From Felis catus (taxonomy: Eukaryota), in assembly GCF_018350175.1 (NCBI RefSeq), contig NC_058368.1, positions 218,366,001 to 218,430,000 on the forward strand: DNA of 64,000 nucleotides. The letters are read 5' to 3'. Made by a program: the position numbers and the translations under genes. Positions 26,991 to 39,298 of this stretch are shown here, in pieces (position 1 is the first letter of the stretch; each line of letters starts with the position of its first letter). The notes under the pieces are model-generated. The model was not told where the DNA came from and did not search any database. It saw only the letters and a list, made by a program, of their open reading frames with translations.

Positions 26991-28257
26991 TGTTCAATGT
27001 ATCATAAGCCTCATCACTATAAACAGTCCTATAATTTTCTAACATTGGCATTTTATTAAATTTTAATTAGTAAGGTTATGTTTTCAATTATTAACGGATG
27101 ATTACATATGTTGTTAAACAGTGAAAGTTTTGCAAATATATACTGACTAAAATCCAACTTCTGTTGATGCAGGAATTGAACTGATCCAACTCAACTCATT
27201 TAAAGTATGTCTACCAGATGGAAGTAAAAGGATTTTTGTATATCTAATTTTTAGATATTTACAAATATTCTTCATACTTACGTATATCTTATTATCAAAG
27301 CACTGATGATAAATCATGTTCATTTAAGAAAGAAAATATTCACAGAGAGGCAGGATATATTTCAGGCTTGTTTATTTCATTGAATATTAAATCACTGGAA
27401 AAGTGTTAAGCCCTGTTCAGAAAACCTATACTCTCCTAATAAGCTCTGCATTATGTAATTGAAATTTTGGATAATGACTATTTCTCCAAAGTTTCTGCTT
27501 AGTTATTTTATTTTTTCTCTTTTTTTCTTTCATTTCTTTTTTTTATTTACAAAGAAGTAATTTACTCAAACATGAAAGTAAGGTAAAATGGCAAGTGATT
27601 ATGTAATATTTTGAAGTGTATTTTTTTATAAGCTTACATTCCACTCATCTAATTATCTCAAGAGATATCTCTGTATTTAACTGATGGTTTCCAGCCCCAT
27701 AAAGGTAGAAACTAGCATATTGAAAAAAACTATGAGTTGTGATCATTTGTGGCCTATAGAAATGATAACTTACAGCATGTGATTTTTTAGCTCTGTAGAA
27801 AATTAATCTATCATTTAGCTGACTTGACTGTCTTACTTGTGCATTCTTTCTTTAATGAGTTCTTCAAACTCCTATTAGCATGATTTCTTGTCTTTCTGCT
27901 AGTGCCTTATTAGTAATTAGAGAAAAACTTTGAAACTTAGCCAAAACCAAAAAAAAAATCAAGCCAATAGTCTTTCAATATTTTGCATTTACCCATTTTG
28001 CATTATCTTCTTTCCCTCCCTAACTCACCTATATTTGTTCCTTCTTTTTTTCCTTCCTCTCTTCCTTCTTTCCCTTATTGACTCTCCCATCTTCATTTCC
28101 TATTCTTTGCCTTCAATCCTTTCTCCCTTCAATTTTTCCTTTCATTTTTTCTACATTTACCCTTTTTTGACCAAACTGCATTCTAGATTATTACCAATTT
28201 TGTAAGCACTGATAATATTTGTATCTCATTATAGCTTTATTATAATGCACCATAAAA

Positions 28258-28580
28258 TTCTGCACAAAGGTCTTAGTTTTGATAAAGTTCAATTTACCTA
28301 TGTTCTTTTGTTGTCTGTGCTATTGATTTCATATTCCAGAAATTATTGCCAAATCCAATGTCATAAAACTTTTTCTCTGTATGTTCTCTTTACGAGTTTT
28401 ATTTACGGTTTTTGAACCGTTTGGGGTTAATTTTTGTATGTCATGTAAGGTAAGGATCCAAATTCATTCTTTTGCATTTGTATAACCAATTCATTCTTTT
28501 GCATTTGTATATACAATTTTTCCAGCACTGTATGTCGAAAACACTGACATTTCCCCATTGACTGTCCCTGGCACTCTATA
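28258..28580 (-). mobile_element. Old LINE-1 ORF2 fragment
   Basis: 'ttttgataaagttcaatttacct...aaattattgccaaatccaatgtcata...ttcattcttttgcat...tttttccagcac'. Confidence 0.7.
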
Positions 28581-29893
28581 TTACTTTGAGTCACTGAAGT
28601 CTCAAATATGGTTTGAAGTTACCTTAGTAAGTAATGTGTCTTACAGGTCATAATGATGAATCACCCCAAATTATAAATATTTATGTTATAAAATAGTACC
28701 TCGAGGTTCTGAAATATGTAGTTTACTTTGAGGCTTTGGGTTCGATCATTTAACTGATTTCATTTTCTGTTTATTTTTCCGAGATAAGTGAAATTATTGA
28801 TCATAAACTTCCATCCTATAGATCACACAAAACCAGATTAATGTGGATTGTGAAATAAAAGAAAAGATATCATACTAAAGTCGATAGTCATTTTTAACTG
28901 ACACAGACTTAAGAGTCTTTAGTAGTATAAATGGAAAACCTGCACAACACAGCCATGTCAATTTATGAAAGGTTACACTTGTTTGTGTCAAGTGCCTGAG
29001 TCTCCCTCTTATATTTTTGGTTTGCCTGATTTTAAGAACCAGCATATTTTAGAGGTCTCTACTTCTAAGACCTTGTTCTGATAGAAATAGTTTCCAACAG
29101 ACTGGAAGAAAATGCAGGTGACTGACATTTACACAGTAAATTATTTCAACTATTGCTGTTTCTTTAATCACACACTACATGTCTGCCACTTCTAATAACA
29201 GCTTGGTGTCTGGCAGACATTCTGTTTTATCTCTGAATTTCGCTGCTTATGTGATCCCTCGTGAATAACTTAGTCTAGTCATTATGCACATTTTTAGATT
29301 CATGCTCACTGTAATTTCATTGCTTCCACATGTCTCTGTTCAAGACTAACTGGCACTGATGCTTGGTCTAATCTGACCTGTGTGTTCCCTCTGCTTCTGT
29401 TAGAGTTTCCATAGACCAGGTACCTGCCACATTTATTTGTAGAAATTGCTCCTTGGTTCAAAAACAAAATCAGAAAAGATCTTTCTTCTGTCTTTTGCTC
29501 AGCTGTATTGAACATGACTTTGTGTTTCTATTTCTGAATTATTTCATTCACTGAATTGTTGGTCTCTTATATTTCAGCCTAAGAGTCACAACCTGTGTCT
29601 CTATTAGACTTTTTTTCTTTCTCAATTCCCTCTCTCTCTCTTATATTAAATCAATAAAAAGTGGTGTATTTTATTAATCTATTTACTTTTAGATGGTGCT
29701 TAATATTCCGTCTTCTTAATTTACAGTTGAAAAAATGTATGTATATTTGCAATATAGTGATTCAACACTCCTACAACACTCATGCTATGACTGTAACCTC
29801 TTTCACTCTAAATTATGAACTGCAATATTCCTTCTATCCTTGCTCTATAAAAACTTGCCACCAAATGCTCTATTCAAATTTAATGATTTTTTT

Positions 29894-31743
29894 ATTGCAT
29901 TCCTATACACCAATAATGAAGCAACAGAAAGAGAAATCAAGGAATTGATCCCATTTACAATTGCACCAAAACCCATAAAATACCTAGGAATAAACATAAC
30001 AACAGAGGTGAAAAATATATACACTGAAAATTATAGAAAGCTTATGAAAGAAATTAAAGATGACACAAAAAATGGAAAAAATATTCCATGTTCCTGGATT
30101 GGAAGAACAAATATTGTTAAAATGTCAACACTAACCAAAGCAATCTACGTATTCAATGCAATCCCTATCAAAATAACACCAGCATTCCTCATAGAGCTAG
30201 AACAAACAATCCTAATATCTGTATGGAAACAAAAAGGACCCCGAATAACCAAAGCAATCTTGAAAAAGAAAACCGAAGCTGGAGGCATTACACTCCCAGA
30301 CTTCAAGACGTGTTACAAAGTTGTAATCATCAAGACAGTATGGAACTGGCACAAAAACAGACACTCAGATCAATGGAACAGAATAGAGAAGCCAGAAATG
30401 GACCCACAAATGTATGACCAACTAATCTTTGATGAAGCAGGAAGAATATCCAATGGAATAAAGACAGTCTCTTCAGCAAGTGGTCTTGGGAAAACTCTAC
30501 AGTAACATGCAGAAAAATGAACCTGGGCCACTTTCTTACACGATACACAAAAATAAACTCAAAATGGATGAAAGACCCAAACGTAAGACAAGAAGCCATC
30601 AAAATCCTCAAGGAGAAAGCAGGCAAAACCTCTTTGACCTTGGCCGCAGCAACTTCTTACTCAACACGTCTCCGGAGGAAAGGGAAACAAAAGCAAAAAT
30701 GAAATATTGGGACCACATCAAAATAAAAAGCTTTTGCACAGCCAAGGAAACAATCAGCAAACTAAAAGGCAACTGACGGAATGGGAGAAGATATTTGCAA
30801 ACGACATATCAAATAAAGGGTTAGTATCCAAAATCTATAAAGAACTTATCAAACCCAACACCCAAAAAACAAATAATCCAGTGAAGAAATAAGCAAAAAA
30901 CATGAATAGACGCTTCTCCAAGTAGACATCTAGATGGCCAACCGACACATGAAAAAGTGCTCAACATCACTGATCATCAGGGAAATACAAATCAAAACCA
31001 CAATGAGATACTACCTCAAACCTGTCAGAATGGCTAACATTAACAACTCTGACAACAACAGATGTTAGCAAGGATGTGGAGAAAGAGGATCTCTTTTTCA
31101 CTGCTGGTGGGAATGCAAACTGGTGCAACCACTCTGGAAAACAGTATGGAGGTTCCTCAAAAAATTAAAAATAGAACTACCCTACGATCCAGCAATTGCA
31201 CTACTAGCTATTTATCCCAGGGATACAAGTATGCTGTTTTGAAGGGGCACATGAACCTCAATGTTTATAGCGATGTTATCGACAATAGCCGAAGTATGGA
31301 AAGAACCCCAATACCCATTGATGGATGAATGGATAAAGAAGACGTGGTATATATACATACACAATAGAGTATTACTCAGCAATCAAAAAGAATTAAATCT
31401 TGCCATTTGCAACTATGTGGATAGAACTAGAGGGTATTATGCTAAGCAAAATTAGTCAAAGAAAGACAAATATCATATGACTTCACTCATATGAGGGATT
31501 TAAGACACAAAATAGATGAACACAAAGGAAGGGAAGCAAAAATAATATAAAAGCAGGGAGGGAGACTAAACGTAAAAGACTCTTAAATATAGAAGGCAAA
31601 CAAAGGGTTGCTGGAGGGGTTGTGGGAAGGGGGATGGTCTAAATGGGGAAAGGGCATTAAGGAACCTACTCCTGAAATCATCGTTGCATCATATGCTAAG
31701 TAACTTGGATGTAAATTAAACAGTAATAAATTTTTTAAAAAAA
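29894..31743 (+). mobile_element. 5'-truncated felid LINE-1 (ORF2 C-terminal half + 3'UTR)
   Basis: ORF fragments [14 protein letters not shown]..., [30 protein letters not shown] and [15 protein letters not shown] taatgattttttt at 29881-29893 and 31744-31756. Confidence 0.95.
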
Positions 31744-31867
31744 TAATGATTTTTTTTCCTTTGCAGGAATAATTCCGTGCAGTCAATAATGACTGTATTC
31801 TTTGCAGAATCTCTAAAACATGCATCTTTCTTATTGAATAATTTAAATATTATATGTTTGGTTTTTT

Positions 31868-32106
31868 ATTTTTTTATTTTTTATTATTTTTTAATTTTTT
31901 TTCAACGTTTATTTATTTTTGGGACAGAGAGAGACAGAGCATGAACGGGGGAGGGGCAGAGAGAGAGGGAGACACAGAATCGGAAACAGGCTCCAGGCTC
32001 TGAGCCATCAGCCCAGAGCCTGAGGCGGGGCTCGAACTCACGGACCGTGAGATCGTGACCTGGCTGAAGTCGGACGCTTAACCGACTGCGCCACCCAGGC
32101 GCCCCT
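31868..32106 (-). mobile_element. Young Can-SINE (SINEC_Fc)
   Basis: Near-consensus CpG-rich body; 'gtttggtttttt' present on both sides. Confidence 0.95.
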
Positions 32107-33751
32107 AAGTTTGGTTTTTTAAATACTCTGTTAGAACTCATTCATTCTTCCTAGATAAATCCACCTACTAATTTTATATGTCAATCTGTGTTATGTGTCA
32201 ATGTGTGTTTCTTCTAGTCTATACCACCTCTTAAAATTAATGGAGTAGAAATATAAAGTTAGCGAAAGGTATTTTTTTGGTAGTTATGAAAGCTTTAAAG
32301 TCATGATTTTTGAGTAAAAGTTAACGAACTTCTCAAAATATTACTCTGTTTGTTCATTTATACTCAGTTAAGTTTCAAAGCATATGAAAGTTGTTTACAC
32401 CTTATACATTAATTGGTACTTTTGGTATAAACTATTCATTCAAAGTTAAAAAACCAACATGCATCGATTCTTCCTATATCACATATATTTGTTACTTTGA
32501 ATTGGTATTTATTAAACAGTTTTGTTTAAAAGAAAAAAATTAATTTGAATTGATTGGTTATATCAGAAAGCGTTAGCCTCTTTTCTAGCTTATGTCTCAT
32601 CAATAAACTTGAAGTTTGAAGACAGATAATAGTTATTGGTAAGGAGTTTTATTCTATCACTATCTTGTGAGTGTCATATTACTTTTCCCTCTGAAATATG
32701 ATGTATCCAACCACATAATGAACTAGGAAAATGGGTCAACTATTTTATAAGAAGCAAATAATTCTAAAGTAAGCTATCTATTTTTAAGTTAATGATATTT
32801 AAGTCCCAAGATTGTCAATGGTTACAAGGAATAGAACATACTATAATGTTATATAAATAGTGAATATTATCGTTCAAAAGAACATTAGGGCTTACCCAGG
32901 GGCTTCCTTCTTACTGCGGTGTACTGCTACTCCACAAAGAGACAGGAAGTATATAAAAGATAAGGCTGCTGGGAATCTTATACTCTGACAGTCAATCCAA
33001 ATGCTTTGAGCTTTGAATTAAACTGGAAGTCAGTTATTGGCAGCAAAGGAAATCTTTTGCTTGGGAATTCCATTTAACGTTTAAGAAAAGAAATAAAAAG
33101 TTACTGATTTTCATAGTAACAATTCTAAAGCTATTCTTTAAAAAATGAAGAGTTTTTTTTTTCATTTATAAAACTGAGTCACCATCTATCAGAAGGGAAC
33201 TTAAAAAACTATTTGAATTTCCAAAAATATTTTTATAGAAACAAGTATATTACCATGAATATTATATCTATATATACAAACATATAATAGTATATCTAAA
33301 TTCACCTTTTTAATAGTTGTTGTTAAATGTATGATTCCAGACCACAGGTAATTTGAACACAGTCAAGATATATTTAGAGAAGTCAAAGACAAATTATTCA
33401 ACAGTGGACATACCAGTCCTACTGGGTCAGTATTTACTGGGAAACTCATCAGGTCCGGATAAATCACAGGTGTGAGGGTTTCCAGTTTTTCTTACATTCC
33501 GAGACATTATACCACATGTAGTAGTAGGCATCTCACACATTATAAGGGAAACCTGACTCTTGGGCAGTGGGCTTTTTAACAACATGCCATTTTTAACTCT
33601 AAAACTTGAATTTTTTTTTTCAGTTTACAATGTTGAGCAATGGCAAAGATTTGTAAAAAGAATGTTTTCGTCCTTGAATGTGGCTGATTGAATTGCCATG
33701 ATATTTTTAGAAATGATTTGCTAGAGGTACCAAAGCGAGGGTTTTTTTTAA

Positions 33752-33986
33752 CTGCTTTTTAAAATTTATTTTTGAAGGAGAGAGAGAGACAGAGAGAGAC
33801 AGAAAGAGACAGAGAGAGAGCATGAACAGGGGAGGAGCAGAGAGAGAGGGAGAGAGAATTCGAAGCAGGCTCCAGGCTCTATGCTGTCAGCACAGAGCCG
33901 GAACGGGGGGCTCGAACTCACAAACCATGAGATCATGACCTAAGCTGAAGTCAGACACACAACTGACTGAGCCCCCCAGACGCCCC
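33752..33986 (-). mobile_element. Can-SINE
   Basis: Reverse SINE body with an extended (GA/GACA)n tract, ending 'gccccccagacgcccc'. Confidence 0.92.
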
Positions 33987-34003
33987 AAAAGCGAGTTTTT
34001 TTA

Positions 34004-34219
34004 AAAAAATTTTTTAACGTTTATTTATTTTTGAGATAGAGAGAGACAGAGCATGAACAGGGGAGGGGCAGAGAGAAAGGGAGACACAGAATCCAAAACA
34101 GGCTCCAGGCTCTGAGCTGTCAGCACAGAGCCCGATGCGGGGCTCATACTCATGGACTGTGAGATCATGACCTGAGCCGAAGTCGGACGCCCAACCGACC
34201 AAGCCACCCAGGCGCCCCC
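34004..34219 (-). mobile_element. Can-SINE (SINEC_Fc)
   Basis: Reverse SINE body ending 'agccacccaggcgcccc'. Confidence 0.93.
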
Positions 34220-34500
34220 AAAAGTGAGGTTTTTAACACATCACTTATTTTATATGTTTAGTGACTAGAATAGTGGCTTAATCCAAATAATAATGGGGTA
34301 ATATATTTTTTTATTCTGATATTTTTGATTTCTAAATTTTATAGGCTGGCAATATATACTGGGCTGATTAGCAGAAAAGGAAGCACTCAGTATATTTATT
34401 TTAAGAAATAAGAAGTGTATCTAGTTATAAGAAAACCTATTCTGATAAACCCCAGTGACATTAGTAAGAGCCCTTATAGAGCCGATGAAAGAAACAGAAA

Positions 34501-34519
34501 TGACCACCAGGTGGCAGTA
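34501..34519 (+). promoter_or_regulatory. Candidate CTCF binding site
   Basis: TGACCACCAGGTGGCAGTA closely matches the CTCF core consensus (CCACCAG[G/A][G/T]GGC[A/G]). Motif match only. Confidence 0.5.
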
Positions 34520-35528
34520 GCACATACACAAACTTTCTTGGGTGATGCTGGGACAGGTTTGCATGGCGAAAGATCTTCATAGCACCAAACTGTCCAGAAG
34601 CTACGGCAAGGGCCACCACCCAGAAGGTGAGTAGGTTAAGGAACTCTGGGCAAGAGGGGTATGGAAAAGGGGCCTTGTGTGTCTAAGTAATGTTACCTAG
34701 CAGCACGATAAGCATTCTTTAAGTCATAGGACTCTTAAAGGTAGTGGTGGTTTGGGGACCTTTATGGCACGCACGACTCCTATCTTACCGATGGCTAGCA
34801 GATTCTGGCACCACAATTTTGTGGGATATGCAGAGCAATCAAGTTCTTAGTGGCTAAAATGTTGCTTCTTTGGACTTTATTTAAAACAAATACTTGTGTA
34901 AAAACTTGGCACCAGTGGGCTTCTGAGCTGACAGTTCTCAGTGTGTTGTGAAGGAATATCACAGCTTATATACAGAAGCCATCTTTGGCCATTTGTGTAA
35001 CACACTGAAGTATATCACCTAAAGAAGATGCTCTGTAAAAATTTCATTTGCGTTCATTTGTTGAACGCATTCAGCAAACCAGCCACAGAGTTTGATCTGT
35101 GACTGGGTTCCCTTAATTTAGAGCCTACTCTTCTATCAGTATTCTTCCTTCAAACACTGTTAATAAAGTTAGTAAGTTTACAGAAATATTTCCAAATCTT
35201 TAAGTTTATTCACCTAATTCAACTTCTGATTTTTGAATGCTGAATACCAGTCTCTTTGTGTCATGTAAGGAAAGTGATAATGAATAAAATACAATCTTAT
35301 TTTCCACAGACTTCTGAACATGGTGAAAATATTATCAGTTAGTCAACCTTCGATTTTCTCAATGGGATAGATAGATAGATATAAACATATAGATGCATTC
35401 TGCAGAATGTTTAAATTTGGGATATTAACTTTATGAAGAAGGGAAGTTTGTATCTAAATATCATCCACTGATGTGTGTTACAGATGGTTTAGCAGAAAGA
35501 ATTGAGTTAAAAGTTCTCTTTAACAAAA

Positions 35529-35854
35529 TGTGAGTTCTGATTAATTAATTAAGGAGGCTATTAGACCAAATTGCTTCTAATGCCATGGTGACCTCTGTAT
35601 GCAAGCCAAAATTTAAACCTATAAATGCCTCCAGGTTACAGAATTAAAATGCTCTGGACAACCAATCACAAACAGCCAACTAGCCAATTAAAAATGGCCT
35701 TATTTTGTTTCTGACTTTTCTCTATAAAAGTCTCTTCCCACAATCTATTGGCATATCATCCTAACCACTTCTGGTGTGGCACTGCCCGATATAATTGATT
35801 TTTGCTCAAATAAACTCTTAAGAATTTTAATATGCCTCAGATCATGTTTCCACA
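35529..35854 (+). mobile_element. Solo LTR (ERV1-like)
   Basis: TG...CA ends; CCAAT at 35662 and 35684, TATAAAA at 35723 and AATAAA at 35809, in U3-R order. Confidence 0.65.
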
Positions 35855-36521
35855 GTTACAGTTCTGGCTCATCCAATAACACAAAAATTAATATTTTTTT
35901 AGGAAATGCTGGTCAATACATTCTAATCTAAGTATAATAAACCTCAGGGCATTTTTTAATGTGTAGAATCTTAAAAAAAATAATGAGACATTTTACAATT
36001 TGAGGTATTAAATTTATAAGGGCCAGAAATATGTGAGGGGTTATATTGCCTTTTGTACCCTTAAATGTTGATTACTGCACATTGCATAATCTGCAAAAAT
36101 TAAATTAGTATAATTGGGTTTTTTTACACTCTTCATTATGGTATTTCTTTGAAAACATATAATATCTGGTGGCATTGTTAGGAAATCTTTACTATGTACT
36201 ATTATGACTAGTACTACAATAATTTTACATTGATTATGGTAAAACGAACATATACAAAAAGCTTTGTATGTGTGTCCCTATGCATCTTTCTACGGACCTG
36301 TGTTGCTACATAGAATACTAATTTTTAACAGACAAAGGAAAGTTGTTAGAATTCAGCTGAGTAAGCTAGTGCATCATAATTTTATTCACTTTTCTCAAAA
36401 AATTTACATTACTAAACATTATCCTCCCTGTGAAATATTTATCATAAAAGAAAAGTCATCCACTTCATTTTATATGAAAGAGACTATAATATCAATTGCC
36501 CATACACTTATTAAAGGTATT

Positions 36522-36945
36522 TAAAAAACAAAATTCAACTGACTACTTTTGAAGATCTTATTGGCTTTATTTAATAATTATTGAATTGGGCAGTATCCTA
36601 TCTATCAGATAGAAAGGACCCCTGAAGAGATATACAAAATAGAAGGCTTTTATGGGCAGAAGGGAGGTGGGATGAGGAAGTTTATATGAAACCTTTCGGG
36701 TTTCAGGAATGTAACCTTCCTTTCATAGGGTCTCCCCCAGGTATCCTCACTAGTTTTGAACAGATAATTCCAGATTAAATAGTTAAAGGTTATATTCCTG
36801 TCAGAGGCTGAAACTGCAATTAGTTTAGATATTAAGTCTTAGTTCGCTGACATGGAGCTTAACAGAAGTGACTTTATTTTGGTCCTGCTGTATTTTTTCT
36901 TTTTTCTTTTCTTTTCTTTTTTTTTTCTTTTTTTCTTTTTTAGCA
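36522..36945 (-). mobile_element. Solo LTR (ERV1-like)
   Basis: Reverse AATAAA at 36566-36571 and a TATA-like element near 36650. 'aattcaactgactacttttgaagatcttattggctttatt...ttgggcagtatcc' resembles laurasiatherian ERV1 LTR ends. Confidence 0.55.
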
Positions 36946-37024
36946 AAGGCTAGAAGGAGATAAGACTCCAGCAGAGAAACAATTTTGAAGATGAAAAAAA
37001 TCAGTGGCTATTCAGAGCTGCAAG

Positions 37025-37556
37025 TGTAAGGGAGGAATATAATTTTTATTCTACTTTTCTAGGTTCTTGGCTGAGACCACTGTGATGTAAGACAAATTAA
37101 CAGGAGAAAAAGCAGAAGTTTAAAAACATGTATACCTTCTGCCTATGTAGCAGATACCCAGGAAAACTGAGTAACTCCCAGAAATGGCCCAAGCCACCAC
37201 CTTAAATGTCATGTACAGCTAAAGACAAGAGAAGATATTGGGGGAGCTGTTACTGGAAGACTATCAGGAAAAGCATAAAAAAATAAGAGCTAGGTTGTTA
37301 CCCTGATTTAGGTCATTGTCTTCTTCACTGATAAGAGTTTCTAAAGATTTTAGTCATCCCCCTCAGCCAGGTACAGAGAGGAGACACCCTTACAAATAGA
37401 GATTTCCCTAATAAATGTAAATACATCTTACAAAAGAGTAACTTCTACTCAGTTTTCAGAGCTTTTCCTATGTTGCTGTTTCTTAAAAATAATCGGTCTA
37501 AAATAATCCTATGTCAAAGAGACATAATTTAAGGTGGCAAATTCTGATCCCCTTCA
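37025..37556 (-). mobile_element. Solo LTR (MER34/MER39-like, ERV1)
   Basis: TG...CA ends; minus strand begins 'tgaaggggatcagaatttgccaccttaaattatgtctctttgacataggattatttt', like MER34-family LTR starts. Confidence 0.7.
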
Positions 37557-37710
37557 TAGACAATATATTAACTTGTCTAAAACAACAAATTAGATAGTAT
37601 GTAATATGAGAATAATAATATAAAACCATCATGTTATATATTAAATAAAAATGTTTGATATATAAACAGAAACAGTTGTGTATAGCAAGAGATTTAAAAG
37701 ACAGTAATAT

Positions 37711-37933
37711 GGGGTGCCTGGATGGCTCAGTTGGTTAAGCGTCCGACTTCAGCTCAGGTCATGATCTCACAGTTGATGCATTTGAGCCCCTCATCAGGCT
37801 CTGTGCTGACAGCTCAGAGCCTAAAGACTGCTTCAGATTCTGTGTCTCCCTCCCTCTCTGCTCCTCCTCTGCTCGCTCTCTGTCTCTGTCTCTCAAAAAT
37901 AAATAAAAATGTTTTAAAAATTAAAAAAAAAAT
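37711..37933 (+). mobile_element. Can-SINE
   Basis: SINE body; TSD-like aaaagacagtaatat / aaaagatggtaatat. Confidence 0.93.
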
Positions 37934-38617
37934 AAAAGATGGTAATATGTGGGTTGAAACAATAACTCTCATGCTTTTTAACCTGTACTATATATTTCAA
38001 TTACATATTTTTCATTGTACTATATTTTTCAATTTTTAGGACACCTTCCTCCTTGGAACAATATGGTGATGGATAGGAGTTTTCCTAGGATGGTGATGAT
38101 ATAAGTTATATCTCTATACATAGCCTTGAAAACCATAGAGTTCAAGAAAAAGGGCAAATAAAACCATGCATGATCCACACCTAAGAAGGAAGTAGGAGAC
38201 AGAATCCAGTGACCTTCTAATTGTTCCTAAGTGATAGAACAAGTTTCTGGGACCAGAGATGCAGACTCAGGATTCCATGGCAGAACATAGAATCTGGCAT
38301 GAAAAAGAAGAGTTCTGGTGGTGGCAGGTGCACATAATATCACCCAAAGGAGAGTCCCACTGAGAGAGGAAAACAATGAGAAGAGGAGCAAGATTTAGTA
38401 GAACAGAGCACTGGCTGCTGAGAAATTGAAACAGGGTCTCATTGGTGCATGTGATCATAGGGGCAATTTGAGATGGCAGTGCTGATGGAGAGGAAAGTAA
38501 GTTGAAAGGTGCGGCATATCCTGCTGAGTTTGTGCATGATTAAAAATAAATAAATAAAGTAGTAAAAATAAGAGTTCTGCAGTAACAAGAGCATCACAAT
38601 TCTGAAAACCATAGTTG

Positions 38618-38821
38618 TTTTATTTTTTTATTTTTGTTAAGTTTATTTATTTATTTTGAGATTGAGAGAGAGGCAGAGAGAGAGGGACAGAAAGAATCCC
38701 AAGTAGGCTCCACACTGTCAGTGCAGAGCCTGCACAGGGCTCGACCTCATGAACAGGTAGATCATGATCTGATCAGAAATCAAGAGTCAGAGGCTAAGGA
38801 CTGAGCCACCCAAGGCGACCC
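38618..38821 (-). mobile_element. Can-SINE (older)
   Basis: Reverse body; 'gaaaaccatagttgt' present on both sides. Confidence 0.9.
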
Positions 38822-39091
38822 AGAAAACCATAGTTGTCTTAAATGGAATGGTTTATCCAAATAAATGCACTTCATTTTACTAATAAGAAGAAAATTAGTA
38901 AGCTAATGAAGCACTTCATACCATCCATAGAAACAGGGGTTACTCCTCTCAAAGTACTTAGCGTAACAAACAAAAGAAGTCAAAAGTCATACCTGAAAAG
39001 TTAATATAAACAATATAGAAAGTGATCAATACAATTTCTACATGGTGAAAATACTAAGCTACTAGGTAAAACTATAAAAAAATCCCATCAA

Positions 39092-39298
39092 GGGGCCCCT
39101 GGGTGGCTCAGTCTGTTGAGTGCCAGACTTCAGCTCAGACCATGATCTCATGGTTTGTGGATTTGAGCCCCGCATCGAGCTCTGTGCTGACAGCTCAGAG
39201 CCTGGAACCTGCTTCTGATTCTGTGTCCCCCTATCTCTCTGCTCCTCCCCTGTTCATGCTCTGTCTCTCTCAAAAATAAACATTAAAATTTTTTTTTA
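39092..39298 (+). mobile_element. Can-SINE
   Basis: SINE body; TSD-like aaaatcccatcaag / aaaacccctcaag. Confidence 0.92.

Noticed and set aside
31748..31850. Splice-acceptor-like 'tttttttcctttgcag' as a possible exon start
   Set aside because: The pyrimidine tract overlaps the L1 TSD, no donor site follows, and the peptide is unrecognisable.
31902..32141. Recurrent peptides such as 'ADGSEPGACFRFCVSLSLCPSP' in many ORFs
   Set aside because: Translations of Can-SINE bodies, not a gene family.
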